DNA of 64,000 bases from a virus: the IMG/VR virus record IMGVR_UViG_3300032087_005129, one strand, 5' to 3'. Below, piece by piece: positions 1-9,373 of this stretch. Made by a program: the position numbers and the translations under genes. Under the pieces are notes generated by a model. It made no database searches. It was given only the letters and a program-made list of their open reading frames with translations, and was not told the origin of the DNA. How positions within the stretch are numbered: the stretch's first letter is position 1; every line of letters starts with the position of its first letter.

Positions 1-1
1 T

Positions 2-484
2 GATTTTGTCAATGCTGATAGAACTGTTATTGGTTTACCTGATTATGTGCAAGAAAAGTACCTAGACATGGTTCAAAAACTTTTTGAGGACTCTTTCCCT
101 GATATTCCAATTTACACCATGTCATCTGACGAGTCTGAACTGGTAAAGTATAGTGCGAACTGTTTTCTTGCCACAAAGGTAATGTTTTTCAATATGATAA
201 AAATACTCAGCGAAAAACTTTATTTGGATTATGAAAAAATTCTAAACGGTGTTTTGTCAGACCCCAGAATCAGCCCATCTCACACAAAAGTTCCTGGCCC
301 TGATGGTGACTACGGATTTGGCGGCACATGTTTTCCAAAGGATGTAAATGCGTTAATTAAAACACTGGATGATCATGGTATTCCACCAAGTATCTTAGAC
401 TCTGTGTGGGAAGAAAACATGCGTTATAGAGAAAACTGGGATTGGGCTGAGAATAACTCAGCAGTCAAACGAAAGAACGATTGA
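2..484 (+). CDS. UDP-glucose/GDP-mannose 6-dehydrogenase family, 5'-truncated by window edge
   Basis: Frame is open from base 2. Motifs ESELVKYSANCFLATKVMFFN and GFGGTCFPKD (catalytic Cys). Confidence 0.85.
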   Translation, partial: DFVNADRTVIGLPDYVQEKYLDMVQKLFEDSFPDIPIYTMSSDESELVKYSANCFLATKVMFFNMIKILSEKLYLDYEKILNGVLSDPRISPSHTKVPGPDGDYGFGGTCFPKDVNALIKTLDDHGIPPSILDSVWEENMRYRENWDWAENNSAVKRKND

Positions 485-500
485 AACAATAAATATCAAA

Positions 501-1256
501 ATGGTTGATAGTGCAAACGATTTGTCTATAGAAGTGTTTCTTCTCAAAAAGAAGTATGACGTTGATACGTTTTATACTGTTGTTAACGAACTTCTAGATG
601 AGTTTGGTGTAGATGCAATTGAAGATGACTCACCAGAAAACTTGATGAGTGTTGAAGATCGTATCACGGTAAACATTGGCAAGAAAATTACAAATGAACT
701 AAAAGAGAATCGTAATAAAATGGATGACGAGACTATTGATGAGTTTGTTCAATCAAATGAGTTTGGTCATCAATTAGAAATGCAAGATAAAATTCTTAAG
801 CAAGTTTGGAATATTGCAAAAACATATCGCTATACGAACTTTGTTGAGGAATGTAATGATCTTCGAAAAAACTTTATGAAAGAAAGATCAAGTTACATCT
901 CTCATCAGTTTAGTGGCACAGCAGGAATTTTATCTGTTATTTTTGCACAGACACGAGTGCCTGAGAAACTTTTTTCTGTGTGGTTAAGAACTACGATTGA
1001 AAAGAAAGAAGGCTATGTGGCGATTCAATATGAGGGATTAGATGGTAAAATCTATAACGTCAATGTGATACACACAGATGAAGAGCCACCAAAAGAAAAA
1101 ATAGTGGGGCAAAACCCTTGCGATTCTTTCATGTTGCAGTATTTTTGGGATAGCAAAAAATGGATTGAGATACCTATTAAAATGATTATCTCAGTGGACA
1201 ATAACGACTGTATGGACATAGATTTCAACGATGATGGAGGAAATATTTTAGCATGA
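501..1256 (+). CDS. hypothetical protein
   Basis: 251-aa ORF with AATAAATA upstream; overlaps next start (ATGA). Confidence 0.6.
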   Translation: MVDSANDLSIEVFLLKKKYDVDTFYTVVNELLDEFGVDAIEDDSPENLMSVEDRITVNIGKKITNELKENRNKMDDETIDEFVQSNEFGHQLEMQDKILKQVWNIAKTYRYTNFVEECNDLRKNFMKERSSYISHQFSGTAGILSVIFAQTRVPEKLFSVWLRTTIEKKEGYVAIQYEGLDGKIYNVNVIHTDEEPPKEKIVGQNPCDSFMLQYFWDSKKWIEIPIKMIISVDNNDCMDIDFNDDGGNILA

Positions 1257-1633
1257 GTTTTGGTGATTTTTTAAACAGCATTAACTTCACAAAAGAAAAT
1301 CTCTTTCACGAAAATGAAGAGATGATGAAGAAAGAATACAATCCTTATCTGATCAACAAGTCGTTGTCCTATCACGCCGACACATTGATGTTTGCAAACT
1401 TAATGAATCAACACTCGAACCTTGACGCAAAAATGCAGTATGAGTTTTATCTGCATCAGGTGAGCAAGGGAAAGCGGTTTAGCAAGTGGCATAAAACAGA
1501 AAGCAACGACACAGTTGAACTATTGGCAAGTCACTACAAGTGTTCTAGAGCGAAGGCTGAAGACTACGCTAAGATACTCACAGAGAGTAATATCGAACAA
1601 ATCAAAAAGCAGAATAATCGCGGCTCTTGCTGA
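1253..1633 (+). CDS. gp62: clamp loader small subunit (T4 gp62-like)
   Basis: FLNSINFTK..Y.PYLINKSLSYH.D...AN.MN..QYEF....KRFSKW; lies directly before regA. Confidence 0.88.
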   Translation: MSFGDFLNSINFTKENLFHENEEMMKKEYNPYLINKSLSYHADTLMFANLMNQHSNLDAKMQYEFYLHQVSKGKRFSKWHKTESNDTVELLASHYKCSRAKAEDYAKILTESNIEQIKKQNNRGSC

Positions 1634-1638
1634 TTGTG

Positions 1639-1690
1639 TAATCTCATTGGACGTTGGTTTTGATAAATAACCACGTATCATTGGAGATTA
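1639..1690 (+). promoter_or_regulatory. hairpin pairing with the regA Shine-Dalgarno, with late-promoter-like GATAAATA in its loop
   Basis: TAATCTC(1639-45)/GAGATTA(1684-90) and ACG-TGGTT/AACCA-CGT pairings; GATAAATA at 1662-1669. Confidence 0.5.
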
Positions 1691-1694
1691 TAAA

Positions 1695-2102
1695 ATGTCA
1701 GATTATGAAGATATTGTTGAGTCGCTGGTTGAAGTTGAACTTCCCGACTCCGATGCGTTTTTGAAGGTGAAAGAAACGCTCACCCGCATCGGCATCTCCT
1801 CAAGAAAAGAAAACAAACTTTGGCAGTCATGCCATATTTTACATAAGAAGGGAAAGTATTACATACTTCACTTCAAAGAACTGTTTTTGCTTGATGGAAA
1901 AAAAACTGATTTACCAGAAGAAGATATTGCCAGAAGAAATAGAATTATAAAACTACTCGAAGAATGGGAACTTCTTCGTATTGTTGATTCGTCAAAGATC
2001 GAAGAGCCTTGTGCTTCGATTGCACAGATCAAGATTCTACCTTTTTCTGAAAAGGAAAACTGGACTTTAGAAGCCAAGTATAACATTGGAAAGAAGAAAT
2101 GA
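1695..2102 (+). CDS. regA: translational repressor RegA
   Basis: FLKVKETLTRIGISSRKENKLWQSCHILHKKGKYYILHFKELF...W.LEAKYNIG signature. Confidence 0.96.
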   Translation: MSDYEDIVESLVEVELPDSDAFLKVKETLTRIGISSRKENKLWQSCHILHKKGKYYILHFKELFLLDGKKTDLPEEDIARRNRIIKLLEEWELLRIVDSSKIEEPCASIAQIKILPFSEKENWTLEAKYNIGKKK

Positions 2103-2623
2103 AATACTATCACGATCTTGTAGAACAACTCAGTGAAAAGAAATGGTCTAAGAAATACAAAGACTCAATCGACTGTAATAATCCAAAAGGGTTTTCACAG
2201 AAGGCACACTGTCAAGGTCGTAAAAAGAATGAAAGTCTGAACGAGGATATTACAAAAAGAGAATTAAATCAGATTGAGGTTTATGTTGATAAATTGTATT
2301 CAGCAGTTGGTGTTGATGTTGAGTTTACAAGACACTTTCTAGAGCGCCTAAACGATCCAAGAAATGTTCGAGACATCACACCCGCAGAGGTGATTCGTCT
2401 GTTTAGAGAAGCCTATAAGAAGCATGGCAAGAAGATTGCCAAACTTGGTGCAAACGCAGAAGCGGTTATCAAAGATATGACAACAGATATTAATATGCCA
2501 TTCGTAATTAAATACGACCGAAGAAACGGTGAGTTGGATCTAATTGCCAAAACAGTGATGAGAAAGAAAAGTTTTAGAACACCTGATCAAGTTTTTGTGC
2601 ATGATGATTATAACGCTGGATAA
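2099..2623 (+). CDS. conserved T4-like phage hypothetical protein (possible head-internal protein)
   Basis: KWSKKYKDSIDCNNPKGFSQKAHC and VEFTRHFLERLND.RN motifs recalled from marine T4-like phages. Confidence 0.6.
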   Translation: MKYYHDLVEQLSEKKWSKKYKDSIDCNNPKGFSQKAHCQGRKKNESLNEDITKRELNQIEVYVDKLYSAVGVDVEFTRHFLERLNDPRNVRDITPAEVIRLFREAYKKHGKKIAKLGANAEAVIKDMTTDINMPFVIKYDRRNGELDLIAKTVMRKKSFRTPDQVFVHDDYNAG

Positions 2624-2638
2624 GAAGAAGGAAGAAAA

Positions 2639-3571
2639 ATGGCAGAAGAAAAAGATTGCAATTGTGATGAGTTTGATGACATACTAAGAAAACTTCGAGA
2701 GTGTGAAGAGTTACGAAGCCACGATAGAAAACAAAGAGAAGAAGAAGTCAGAGGCGCATTAGAGCGTTGTGAGCAAAAGCAAGAACAACTAAGAGAAGCA
2801 CTCGAAGAAGAAAGAGATTCGTTTCGTGAAAAGATTAACGAAGCGAGTGGTTCACAAAAAAGCAAAATTGAAAAACTACAAAAAAGAATAACAGCCATGA
2901 CAATTGCTGGTTCAGCAGGTGCCGCAGTTGTAGGTAAAGAAGTCGTTGATAATGTATCCGACAACTTTGCTTTAATTAGTGCCATACTAAGTGGCGACAT
3001 AGATGCGGTGATGAATCTGATGAACAACGCACCAGCCACTGCTAATCCTGGTGCCCAATCGGACACAGCAGACATGTCTGAAGATGGAAAAGCATCAAAA
3101 GAAAAAGGTGAAGAAGAAGGCAAAGAAGAAGATAAAGAAGAGGACAAAGAAGAAGAGAAAGAAGAGGAAGAGGAGGAAGAAGAAGAGGAAGAGGAAGAGG
3201 AAGAGGAAGAGGAGGAAGAAGAGAGTGAAGAAGAAAGCGAAGAAGATTCTCAAGATGAAGAGTCTACCGAAACGGCTTCTGAAACTCCAATGCAGGGTCT
3301 TCCCATGTCACCTGAAGTTACTCTTGAGCCAATCATAATTGAACTGGCTGATTTAGAAAAAGAAGTGGTACCCGATACGCCTCCATTGCTCCTCGCTGAC
3401 CTACCTCCATTTTTGCCTCCCATACAGGACGTGACAGATGTTGGTGAATACATACCAGATGATCCACAGTTTCCGTTTTTTCCCGCAGAACCAGAACCTG
3501 TCGTTGAACCATCAATGATATACGCATTTATGGCTGTTCTATTTTGGACACGCCGAAGAAAAAGGAATTAA
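2639..3571 (+). CDS. coiled-coil/poly-Glu protein with C-terminal PEP-CTERM-like sorting signal
   Basis: Ends PEPVVEPS-MIYAFMAVLFW-TRRRKRN (Pro-Glu-Pro motif, TM helix, Arg tail); long Glu run. Confidence 0.6.
   Translation: MAEEKDCNCDEFDDILRKLRECEELRSHDRKQREEEVRGALERCEQKQEQLREALEEERDSFREKINEASGSQKSKIEKLQKRITAMTIAGSAGAAVVGKEVVDNVSDNFALISAILSGDIDAVMNLMNNAPATANPGAQSDTADMSEDGKASKEKGEEEGKEEDKEEDKEEEKEEEEEEEEEEEEEEEEEEEEESEEESEEDSQDEESTETASETPMQGLPMSPEVTLEPIIIELADLEKEVVPDTPPLLLADLPPFLPPIQDVTDVGEYIPDDPQFPFFPAEPEPVVEPSMIYAFMAVLFWTRRRKRN
3100..3250 (+). repeat. GAA/GAG low-complexity tract encoding poly-glutamate
   Basis: Visible purine triplet run. Confidence 0.9.
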
Positions 3572-3573
3572 GA

Positions 3574-3843
3574 ATGCTTACATTTAAGTGTTTTTTAAAA
3601 GAGTCTATGAATAAATCGTTTGAAAGTGCCATTGATATGTTTGGCATTGACACTAAAAAAATTAAAACAATTAGAAACTTTTCTACAGCAGAAAGAATGG
3701 CAAAAGACCTTGCTAAGAAAAAAAGACAGACGGTTTATATTTTTCAACACACGAGAAAAGGTGATTACAAAATCGTAACTGAAAAAGGAAGATTAACTGG
3801 CCTTTTGCGTGATTACGAAATTGTTGACACCATAAAGCCCTGA
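3574..3843 (+). CDS. hypothetical protein (MLTFKCFLKES N-terminus)
   Basis: ATG at 3574 just after the previous stop; N-terminus resembles a capsid-targeting sequence. Confidence 0.55.
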   Translation: MLTFKCFLKESMNKSFESAIDMFGIDTKKIKTIRNFSTAERMAKDLAKKKRQTVYIFQHTRKGDYKIVTEKGRLTGLLRDYEIVDTIKP

Positions 3844-3851
3844 AATAAAAC

Positions 3852-3879
3852 TTGCAAAAAGCCTAGGCGGGTTTACAAT
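3852..3879 (+). promoter_or_regulatory. sigma70-like early promoter
   Basis: TTGCAA-N16-TACAAT upstream of dUTPase. Confidence 0.5.
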
Positions 3880-3935
3880 CTACTCTCTAAATATCAGGTG
3901 CCTCCCTTAATGGGGAAAAGGTTTAGGAGTATATT

Positions 3936-4463
3936 ATGATAAAATTGAATTACTATTGTAAGACAGCATTGGTAAAGGACCCAATATTTGCTACAAGTGG
4001 ATCAGCATGTTTTGATCTAAGGGCTTACTTTGGTCCTGATAGTCGAAAGATTACAATCTATACCCCAAGCAATGAAAAGATTCATCGACACTGCCAAAAA
4101 GAAAGTGTTGAAGGTGAGTTTTCTTTGTCATTGGGGCCGAATGAAAGAGCAATGATACCAACAGGACTGATCATGGATATCCCTCGTGGTTATTCTGTTC
4201 GTATTCACACGCGATCTGGAACGGCTGCCAAAAAAGGTCTTGGTATGTCTGTCTCCGAGGGCATCATCGACTCTGATTATAAAGAAGAAGTCTTCGCTTT
4301 GATTCGTAATAATTCTGATGTGGCAGTTAACATTGAACACGAAGAAAGAATTTGTCAAGGAGAATTGATAAAACAACTTGACTATTCGTTATCTTGCACT
4401 ACAATAAGACCTACGAACGACGGCGAAAGAACCGGCGGTTTTGGTAGTACAGGAGAAAAATAA
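3936..4463 (+). CDS. dut: trimeric dUTPase
   Basis: Motifs ACFDL, RSG, GIIDSDY, RICQ, RTGGFGSTG. Confidence 0.95.
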   Translation: MIKLNYYCKTALVKDPIFATSGSACFDLRAYFGPDSRKITIYTPSNEKIHRHCQKESVEGEFSLSLGPNERAMIPTGLIMDIPRGYSVRIHTRSGTAAKKGLGMSVSEGIIDSDYKEEVFALIRNNSDVAVNIEHEERICQGELIKQLDYSLSCTTIRPTNDGERTGGFGSTGEK

Positions 4464-4801
4464 TGACTAGAGATGAACTGTTAAAACATCACGAACTAAT
4501 TTGCAAGTCTGCACAAGACTTGATGAATCTAAAAAATAGAGACTACGCAGGCAATGGTGGTAAAGAACCATTTGCAAACTTCACTCGCTGTGAATCATTG
4601 GGTGTTTGCACTACAGAACAAGGTATGCTCGTTCGTGTAGTTGACAAAATTTCTCGATTGAGTTCCTTCATTGAAGCAGGAAAGATGAGCGTTGAGAATG
4701 AGTCTTTCCATGATTCGTGTATTGATATCATCAATTACATGGTAATTCTTTCTGCTTACATCACCGAACGAGATGGAGAAGAACAACAGTATGGTTGTTG
4801 A
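4463..4801 (+). CDS. nucleotide-modification-associated domain protein (DUF1599/Nmad1-like)
   Basis: KNRDYA...PFANF...G..VR..DK.SRL...ES..DS..DIINY pattern. Confidence 0.65.
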   Translation: MTRDELLKHHELICKSAQDLMNLKNRDYAGNGGKEPFANFTRCESLGVCTTEQGMLVRVVDKISRLSSFIEAGKMSVENESFHDSCIDIINYMVILSAYITERDGEEQQYGC

Positions 4802-5018
4802 GACCATTCTCGGTGTTTTATTTTTAACACACGTTTACTTTGCAAGACGTTCACGAAAGAAAATTGAAATTGAAGTTTTTGATCTTCGTGAAGAGATTGT
4901 AAATAACATGAACAAAACCACGGCGATGGTGAACAAGCACACTCAAGATCTTGTAGCATATGAGCGTGAACTTCGTCACTTCAAAAACCTCATAAAGGAG
5001 ATTTATGCAAAAGTCTGA
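4773..5018 (+). CDS. small membrane-anchored coiled-coil protein
   Basis: N-terminal hydrophobic helix; true start may be the later Met (MVVETIL). Confidence 0.5.
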   Translation: MEKNNSMVVETILGVLFLTHVYFARRSRKKIEIEVFDLREEIVNNMNKTTAMVNKHTQDLVAYERELRHFKNLIKEIYAKV

Positions 5019-7584
5019 AGTCTATACTCATGTTGCTGTTTACTCAGACAAGATTCTGTTTCGTGGTGTTGATCGAAATACAGGAGAGAGATTTTCTGAA
5101 CAGAGACAATTTTCTCCTACAATCTTTGTGACTTCAAAAGAAGATACAAAGCATAAGACACTTTTCGGTGATAGTGTAAAGCCTTTCTCGCCTGGTGGTA
5201 TGAAAGATACAAAAGAGTTTATTGACAAGTATATGGGTGTCTCTGGTTTTGATGTTCATGGCAACGACAACTGGAAACTTCAATACATCTCTGAAAACTT
5301 TCCTGGTGAGATTGACTGGTCAATCGATCAGATAAAAATTGCTTACATGGATATTGAAACAGAATGTGAGTATGGTTTTCCTAACACATCTGATCCTCAA
5401 GAAAAGATCAATCTCATTACTGTAAAGTATGTTCATGGTAAAAAGAAGTACACACATACTTTTGGTGTCGGTGTGTTTGATATTGATGGTGTGATTTGTC
5501 ATCAGTTTGAAACAGAAAAAGAAATGCTTGAAGCATTTGTCTCTCACTGGAGGGAAGAAGAACCTGATATTGTGACAGGCTGGAACATTCGCTTCTTTGA
5601 CCTTCCGTATCTTGCAAATCGAATCAAGCGTGTCTTTAATCTTACGATGATGAAGAACTTATCGCCTTGGAATATTACGATCAACAAAACGATTCATGTG
5701 ATGGGCAGAGATCAGTCTGCGATTGAGTTAGTTGGTATTTCTTCAACTGACTTTCTTGAACTATACAAAAAGTATACCACAACGAATCAAGAGTCGTATA
5801 AACTTGATCACATTGCTTTTGTTGAACTCGGTGAAAAGAAACTTGATTACTCTGAGTATGACAGCATTGCAGACTTCTATCGAAATGACTTTCAAAAGTT
5901 TGCCGAATACAACGTCAAAGATGTTGAACTCGTTGAGCGTTTAAACGAAAAGATGCAGTTGATTGAACTACATTGTTCGATGGCTTACATGGCGAAGATC
6001 AACTTTGAAGATGTGTTTTCACAAGTGCGAATGTGGGATGCAATCATCTACAATCATCTTCGTGATAAAAATATTGTTATTCCTCTTGCAAAAAGAGAAA
6101 AGGATGACAGTACCCTGATCGGTGCTTATGTGAAAGAGCCTATTGTAGGTTTTCACGAGTGGGTTGTTTCGTTTGACCTGAACTCTCTATATCCTCACTT
6201 GATTATGCAATACAATGTGAGTCCAGAGACAAAGATTGAAAGCACAGAAGAAGATAGATTTGGTATTGGTGTAGACAACATTCTAAAGAATTCACCAGAG
6301 TTATATTGGAAACCATGTCACGAAAAGTTGAAAGAGTTTGCATCTAACGACTATTCGATTGCAGCAAATGGTGTTTGCTACCGTAAAGACAAGCAAGGTT
6401 TTCTTCCTGAGTTGATGCAAAAGATGTATTCTGATCGCAAGAAGTACAAGAAGTTGATGATTGAAGCACAGAAAGAACTTGAGGATCTTCCAAACAAGAA
6501 CATGCCGTCTCTCGGTCGTGCAGGCTATACAAACAAACTGAAAGTAGAAGAACAACGAAATCATCTCAAACAAATGGCTTTGAAGATTGCTTTGAACTCT
6601 GCTTACGGTGCATTGGGTAACAAATACTTCCGTTACTATGACATTGATCTTGCTGAAGCAATTACGATGTCTGGTCAACTTTCAATTCAGTGGATTGGTA
6701 ATCATCTGAATGACTTTTTGAACAAGACTTTCTCCACTGACAATTTTGATTATGTGGTGGCGAGTGATACTGATTCTGTGTATCTTCGTTTAGGAAAAGT
6801 CGTGGAGAAGTTTTGTTCAAACAAAACGAAAGAAGAGACAATCAACTATCTTGACAAAGTGTGCAAAGAAATTATGCAACCATTCATCAATCAAAAGTAT
6901 GAAGAACTTGCGAAGATGATGAATGCTTACGATAACAAGATGGTGATGGAGAGAGAAGTGATTGCCGACAAAGGCATCTGGACAGCAAAGAAAAGATACA
7001 TTCTTCAAGTGCATGATTCTGAAGGTGTTCGCTATGAAACACCAAAACTGAAGATCATGGGTATTGAAACGACACGATCATCTACACCACAGGTTGTTCG
7101 TGACAAACTTAAAGAGTGTATCAAGTTGATTCTTACAACAGATGAGAAAACTGTAATTAATTTCATCGAAGAGTTCCGTGATAGATTTATTTCTTTGCCT
7201 GCTGAAGATGTTGCATTCCCTAGAGGTGTAAATGGTCTTGAAAGATATCGTGATGTCAAGAACATCTACTCAAAAGGAACACCAATCGCTGTGAAAGGCG
7301 CTTTGATTTACAACTACATGATTCAGAAGAAGAATCTAGATCGAAAGTATGAAGCGATTCGTGAAGGTGACAAAGTGAAGTTTTTGATGTTGAAGGTTCC
7401 AAATCCAACACCAGAAAAAGTTCTTGCTTTTACATCTAATCTGCCGAAAGAATTTGAACTTGAAAAATACATAGACTATGACACACAATTTGAAAAAGCG
7501 TTTATTGATCCAATCAAAACTATTCTTGAGACTGTTGGATGGCAACACGAACGAACAGCAACTCTTGAAGATCTTTTTGCGTAA
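5005..7584 (+). CDS. gp43: family B DNA polymerase (T4 gp43-like)
   Basis: Exo DIET, SFDLNSLYP, KIALNSAYGALGN, SDTDS, KKRY, C-terminal clamp-binding TLEDLF. Confidence 0.98.
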   Translation: MQKSEVYTHVAVYSDKILFRGVDRNTGERFSEQRQFSPTIFVTSKEDTKHKTLFGDSVKPFSPGGMKDTKEFIDKYMGVSGFDVHGNDNWKLQYISENFPGEIDWSIDQIKIAYMDIETECEYGFPNTSDPQEKINLITVKYVHGKKKYTHTFGVGVFDIDGVICHQFETEKEMLEAFVSHWREEEPDIVTGWNIRFFDLPYLANRIKRVFNLTMMKNLSPWNITINKTIHVMGRDQSAIELVGISSTDFLELYKKYTTTNQESYKLDHIAFVELGEKKLDYSEYDSIADFYRNDFQKFAEYNVKDVELVERLNEKMQLIELHCSMAYMAKINFEDVFSQVRMWDAIIYNHLRDKNIVIPLAKREKDDSTLIGAYVKEPIVGFHEWVVSFDLNSLYPHLIMQYNVSPETKIESTEEDRFGIGVDNILKNSPELYWKPCHEKLKEFASNDYSIAANGVCYRKDKQGFLPELMQKMYSDRKKYKKLMIEAQKELEDLPNKNMPSLGRAGYTNKLKVEEQRNHLKQMALKIALNSAYGALGNKYFRYYDIDLAEAITMSGQLSIQWIGNHLNDFLNKTFSTDNFDYVVASDTDSVYLRLGKVVEKFCSNKTKEETINYLDKVCKEIMQPFINQKYEELAKMMNAYDNKMVMEREVIADKGIWTAKKRYILQVHDSEGVRYETPKLKIMGIETTRSSTPQVVRDKLKECIKLILTTDEKTVINFIEEFRDRFISLPAEDVAFPRGVNGLERYRDVKNIYSKGTPIAVKGALIYNYMIQKKNLDRKYEAIREGDKVKFLMLKVPNPTPEKVLAFTSNLPKEFELEKYIDYDTQFEKAFIDPIKTILETVGWQHERTATLEDLFA

Positions 7585-7593
7585 GGAATAATT

Positions 7594-8235
7594 ATGATTA
7601 TGTTATTGAATAAAAAATGGTTGAAAAAAGGTTTATCAATACTTGCTTTGATTTTTCTTTTGTCAATACTTGCAGTTTTAGCAAGACAAAGTTTTTATCC
7701 TGCTTTTGGCAACATGAGAGATGTGTCTGTTCGTGCCACTCTGACAGAATCGTTTCAGAACATTTCACAATTGAATGTATTGAAGGTTTCTATGGCAGGT
7801 ATTGTTGATGGTGTTGATGAATCTTTCTGGGGAGACAACAAGGTACTAATTGTGGCACAAGGATATGCAAATCTTGGTGTTGATCTTTCGTATGTGAACA
7901 TTTACGTTGATGAGCAAGAAGTACAGATCATTGTTCTTGAGCCACAGGTGACTGACGCTTATATCGACATGTCACAATCAAGAATCTATGAAAGAGAACT
8001 TGGCACCTTTCGTGTTGATACGAACGGGGAACTTGAAAACTTGACATGGCAAAAAGCACATGATAAGATGATTGATATGGCTTATGATGAAAAGAATGTT
8101 TCTATGGCGAAGACAAATACGGTTGCGTTGATTCGTGCTTTGATCTCACCATACATAGGAAACAGAACATTGACGATTGAGTTTCTAAAGAACGAAAACT
8201 ACATTGAGGTAATTGACAATGAAATTAACAAGTGA
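7594..8235 (+). CDS. DUF4230-like membrane-anchored protein
   Basis: N-terminal TM; 'LIVAQG...GVDLS...P.V' and 'AKTNT...I..L' pattern. Confidence 0.6.
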   Translation: MIMLLNKKWLKKGLSILALIFLLSILAVLARQSFYPAFGNMRDVSVRATLTESFQNISQLNVLKVSMAGIVDGVDESFWGDNKVLIVAQGYANLGVDLSYVNIYVDEQEVQIIVLEPQVTDAYIDMSQSRIYERELGTFRVDTNGELENLTWQKAHDKMIDMAYDEKNVSMAKTNTVALIRALISPYIGNRTLTIEFLKNENYIEVIDNEINK

Positions 8236-8371
8236 AGAGATTGATATGATTCTAGATTGTCTTACGCAGCGAGCAGAGTCAATGCGTTTCTATGGCAGCA
8301 GTGCTGAGTATAAAGAATCGAAAAAATACTTTGACTTGATTCAAAAAGTTACTAAACTGAAAGAGCAATAA
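8219..8371 (+). CDS. small hypothetical protein
   Basis: MKLTSEEIDMILDCL...; GAGG SD upstream; below ORF-track cutoff. Confidence 0.45.
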   Translation: MKLTSEEIDMILDCLTQRAESMRFYGSSAEYKESKKYFDLIQKVTKLKEQ

Positions 8372-8377
8372 AAATAC

Positions 8378-8449
8378 GCCAACGTAGCACAACGGTAGTG
8401 CAGTTCACTTGTAATGAACAGGTTGCTGGTTCGAATCCAGTCGTTGGCT
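8378..8449 (+). tRNA. tRNA-Thr(TGT)
   Basis: Cloverleaf GCCAACG/CGTTGGC, anticodon arm GTTCA-CTTGTAA-TGAAC, GGTTCGAATCC; no CCA. Confidence 0.95.
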
Positions 8450-8463
8450 TTCGGAGATAAAAC

Positions 8464-8631
8464 ATGGCAGGAAAAGGCGATTCATATCGAAAAGTGAATC
8501 AAAAGAAATGGGAAGAAAATTGGGAAAGGGCTTTCGGTGCTAAAAACAGGAAAAGAAACACACCAACAAATGCAAAAGGCGTATCTTCGAGGAAAAAGAA
8601 AACCTCTACCCGTAACAACAACAAACACTAA
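8464..8631 (+). CDS. small basic hypothetical protein
   Basis: MAGKGDSYRKVNQKKWEENWERAFG...; GGAG SD upstream. Confidence 0.55.
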   Translation: MAGKGDSYRKVNQKKWEENWERAFGAKNRKRNTPTNAKGVSSRKKKTSTRNNNKH

Positions 8632-8664
8632 AGAGTGGATTGAAAAAATCAAAAAGGATAAACA

Positions 8665-8994
8665 ATGAGTAATGTGAAAAATGTGAGTCTTGCTACAGGT
8701 GAAAGTATTATTGCTGATTGCAGTGGTCTTGGCGAAGACAAAAAATACTTTGAAATCAAAAACGCAGCAATTGTATTGCGTAAAGATATTGCATCGCCAA
8801 TGATGCTTCTGCCTTGGATTGATCATGCAGAAAAAGATCAAACTATTTCTATTAGTTCAGATAAAGTTATTTGGTATTGTGATGTTAGTGATGAGTTAGA
8901 AGATCAGTATGATAAAGCCGTGACGAAGTGGTATTCGAACCTTGTTGTTCCTGATGCTGCAACGACACAAAGACTAAAGATTACTGAAGATTGA
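8665..8994 (+). CDS. hypothetical protein (possible Sm-like fold)
   Basis: V.LATGE.IIA...L.PW pattern typical of T4-like small proteins. Confidence 0.55.
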   Translation: MSNVKNVSLATGESIIADCSGLGEDKKYFEIKNAAIVLRKDIASPMMLLPWIDHAEKDQTISISSDKVIWYCDVSDELEDQYDKAVTKWYSNLVVPDAATTQRLKITED

Positions 8995-9000
8995 TTTTAG

Positions 9001-9073
9001 GCTCTCGTAGCATAACGGATAATGCAACTGACTTCTAATCAGTAGATTGCAGGTTCGAATCCTGCCGAGAGCG
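9001..9073 (+). tRNA. tRNA-Arg(TCT)
   Basis: GCTCTCG/CGAGAGC acceptor, ACTGA-CTTCTAA-TCAGT anticodon arm; no CCA. Confidence 0.95.
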
Positions 9074-9098
9074 TTTTGCAAATAAAAGGAGATTTATT

Positions 9099-9272
9099 AT
9101 GAAAAAAATTGCAAAGGTTTGTCACGTTTTAGGTTTTGCTTCGATTGCACTTTCTGCCTATTGCTACAATGCATATGGTATCGCTGATGCGACCTATGTT
9201 GGTCTTTGGGTTCCTTCGTTCTTTCTTGTAGGCAATTTCTTTGCTTGCAAATCACATTGTAAGAAGAAGTAA
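9099..9272 (+). CDS. small two-TM membrane protein
   Basis: MKKIAKVCHVLGFASIALS...YVGLWVPSFFLVG; AGGAG SD. Confidence 0.6.
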   Translation: MKKIAKVCHVLGFASIALSAYCYNAYGIADATYVGLWVPSFFLVGNFFACKSHCKKK

Positions 9273-9297
9273 ATAGGGGTGATTTAATCACCCAATC

Positions 9298-9371
9298 GGG
9301 AGTGTAGCCCAATTGGCAGAGGCGCAAGATTTAGGTTCTTGTTGTTGTAGGTTCGAGTCCTATCACTCTCA
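9298..9371 (+). tRNA. tRNA-Leu(TAG), short variable loop
   Basis: GGGAGTG/CACTCTC acceptor, CAAGA-TTTAGGT-TCTTG anticodon arm. Confidence 0.9.
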
Positions 9372-9373
9372 TT

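Noticed and set aside
2608-3338. Poly-Lys/Arg ORF (3051..3338) and Ser-rich antisense ORF
   Set aside because: Frame shadows of the poly-Glu GAA/GAG tract.
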